Source of the DNA: Thalia democratica
Lineage: Eukaryota
Length of the DNA: 64,000 nt
Direction of reading: 5' to 3'
NCBI GenBank assembly: GCA_965202585.1
Contig: OZ241832.1
Location: 10,106,001 to 10,170,000 of the forward strand
Shown: one piece after another, positions 62,995 through 64,000 of the stretch
Layout of the letters: each line of letters begins with the position of its first letter
How positions within the stretch are numbered: position 1 is the stretch's first letter
Notes under the pieces: generated by a model
What the model was told of the DNA's origin: nothing
The model's database searches: none
Seen by the model: only the letters and a program-made list of their open reading frames with translations
Position numbers and translations under genes: made by a program

Positions 62995-64000
62995 GGCATC
63001 TGAGAAATCTAAAGTCTTTATAAACTAGTAACTTCTTGTGAGAGAAACTATTCTCTTTTGTAATTTTTAATTTGAAATAAGTTTAATAAACAATTTTAAT
63101 AAAGTACAGACTTCAACTTGTATAGACAAGTTTTTACTAAATAAAATAAAAATAAAATTTAAAAGCTTATAGTGCCTTATGTATCTTAAATAAATAAATT
63201 ATATATAATTCGGGAATCATCACTGAGTTTTATTGTGTTGAATATTAACTTGTTAGTATATTTAAAAATCGGAAATGTTTTAAGAAGAAAATATATTTAA
63301 TGTTTTTATCTTTTTTTAGGTATTTCGTGGTTTTTATAATCTTTGTTTTTACTTTACATAAGTACGTAAAATCTACCTTATTTTACAAATCTATCAATAC
63401 CTATTTATTTAAGTTAAGGTATAAAAAAAGTTTAAATCTTATAGTTAACAGCTATGTTTATTTTGTTACAAATTAAGCTTAAAATATTAACTAATAGCTT
63501 TGTTGATATAAAATACTGTTAATTTAAGCATAATAACTGATGGTTTATAGTAGGTATACTATTGTAATTGTATATGCTTTTAATTATTCACAACAATTTT
63601 TTGTTGCTAACGAACTTTAAACAACCTAGTAAATCAGAATAACCAAACAAACAAATAAATAATTTTATTTTATAAAGCTTTGTATTTTATAGTACAACTA
63701 GTTAAGTTTAAAACTTAAAAGTAAAATAAGTGTTTTTGAACCATAATTAGTTGTTTTATACAAGGAATGTAATTTATAAATACTAATAATAAGTTCTGAT
63801 TTTAAATGTTCAGTTTTGTAAATTAGAGAATTTTATGTTTTCCTACTTCTAAAGTTATACGAAAATTTAAATTAGTATATTTTTGAAAGTTTATTGCTTA
63901 TTACTTAAAAAAAAATATATTAAGTTTCTGCTAAAAAGCTAACTTTTCGGATATATCTTATTTTAAACCTAAAGAAAATGTTAACTTTAATACTTAAATT

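Larger units (their letters stand above)
61740..64000. repeat. Inverted segmental duplication, arm 2 (runs off the window end)
   Basis: Reverse complement of ~19915-22150 with high identity by eye. Confidence 0.9.

Noticed and set aside
1-64000. tRNA, rRNA and canonical snRNA genes
   Set aside because: No A/B-box cloverleaf or conserved rRNA/U-snRNA sequence recognised by eye; tRNAscan-SE or Infernal would be needed to exclude them fully.

Overview
Very AT-rich (about three-quarters or more A/T by eye), gene-free eukaryotic DNA. The transposon content suggests an invertebrate, possibly Hydra-like; this is inference. None of the 21 supplied ORFs looks like a real gene. The dominant feature is a dense array on both strands, roughly one copy per kb, of a diverged ~120-bp cassette. 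I located about 54 complete and about 13 partial copies by eye. Eyeballed consensus: TTACGTCACATTATAAAA(T/C)CACAACATGTAGCTTCAACATTTTGTATATAAACCGAGTGT-[~35-40 nt hypervariable]-TTTTAAACAGCT-N7(TTCTAGT)-AGCTGTAA. The TACGTCA-to-ACAGCT distance is 97-101 bp in 38 of 54 hand-measured copies, although the intervening sequence has diverged. Copies form strand domains and have spread by direct and inverted block duplication. The architecture (PSE-like block, TATA, variable segment, palindrome) suggests an undescribed cluster of individually promoted small-RNA mini-genes, analogous to nematode 21U-piRNA or snRNA-type units. An old non-autonomous transposon or a protein-binding array remains possible. 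Also present: hAT elements and MITEs with TIRs and 8-bp TSDs, a decayed Penelope-like GIY-YIG element with a degenerate hammerhead, a near-intact minimal type-I hammerhead motif at ~50.1 kb, and a Helentron-like stem at 41.1 kb. All coordinates, counts and spacings are hand-derived. Cassette strand '+' means the TTACGTCA-to-palindrome direction.
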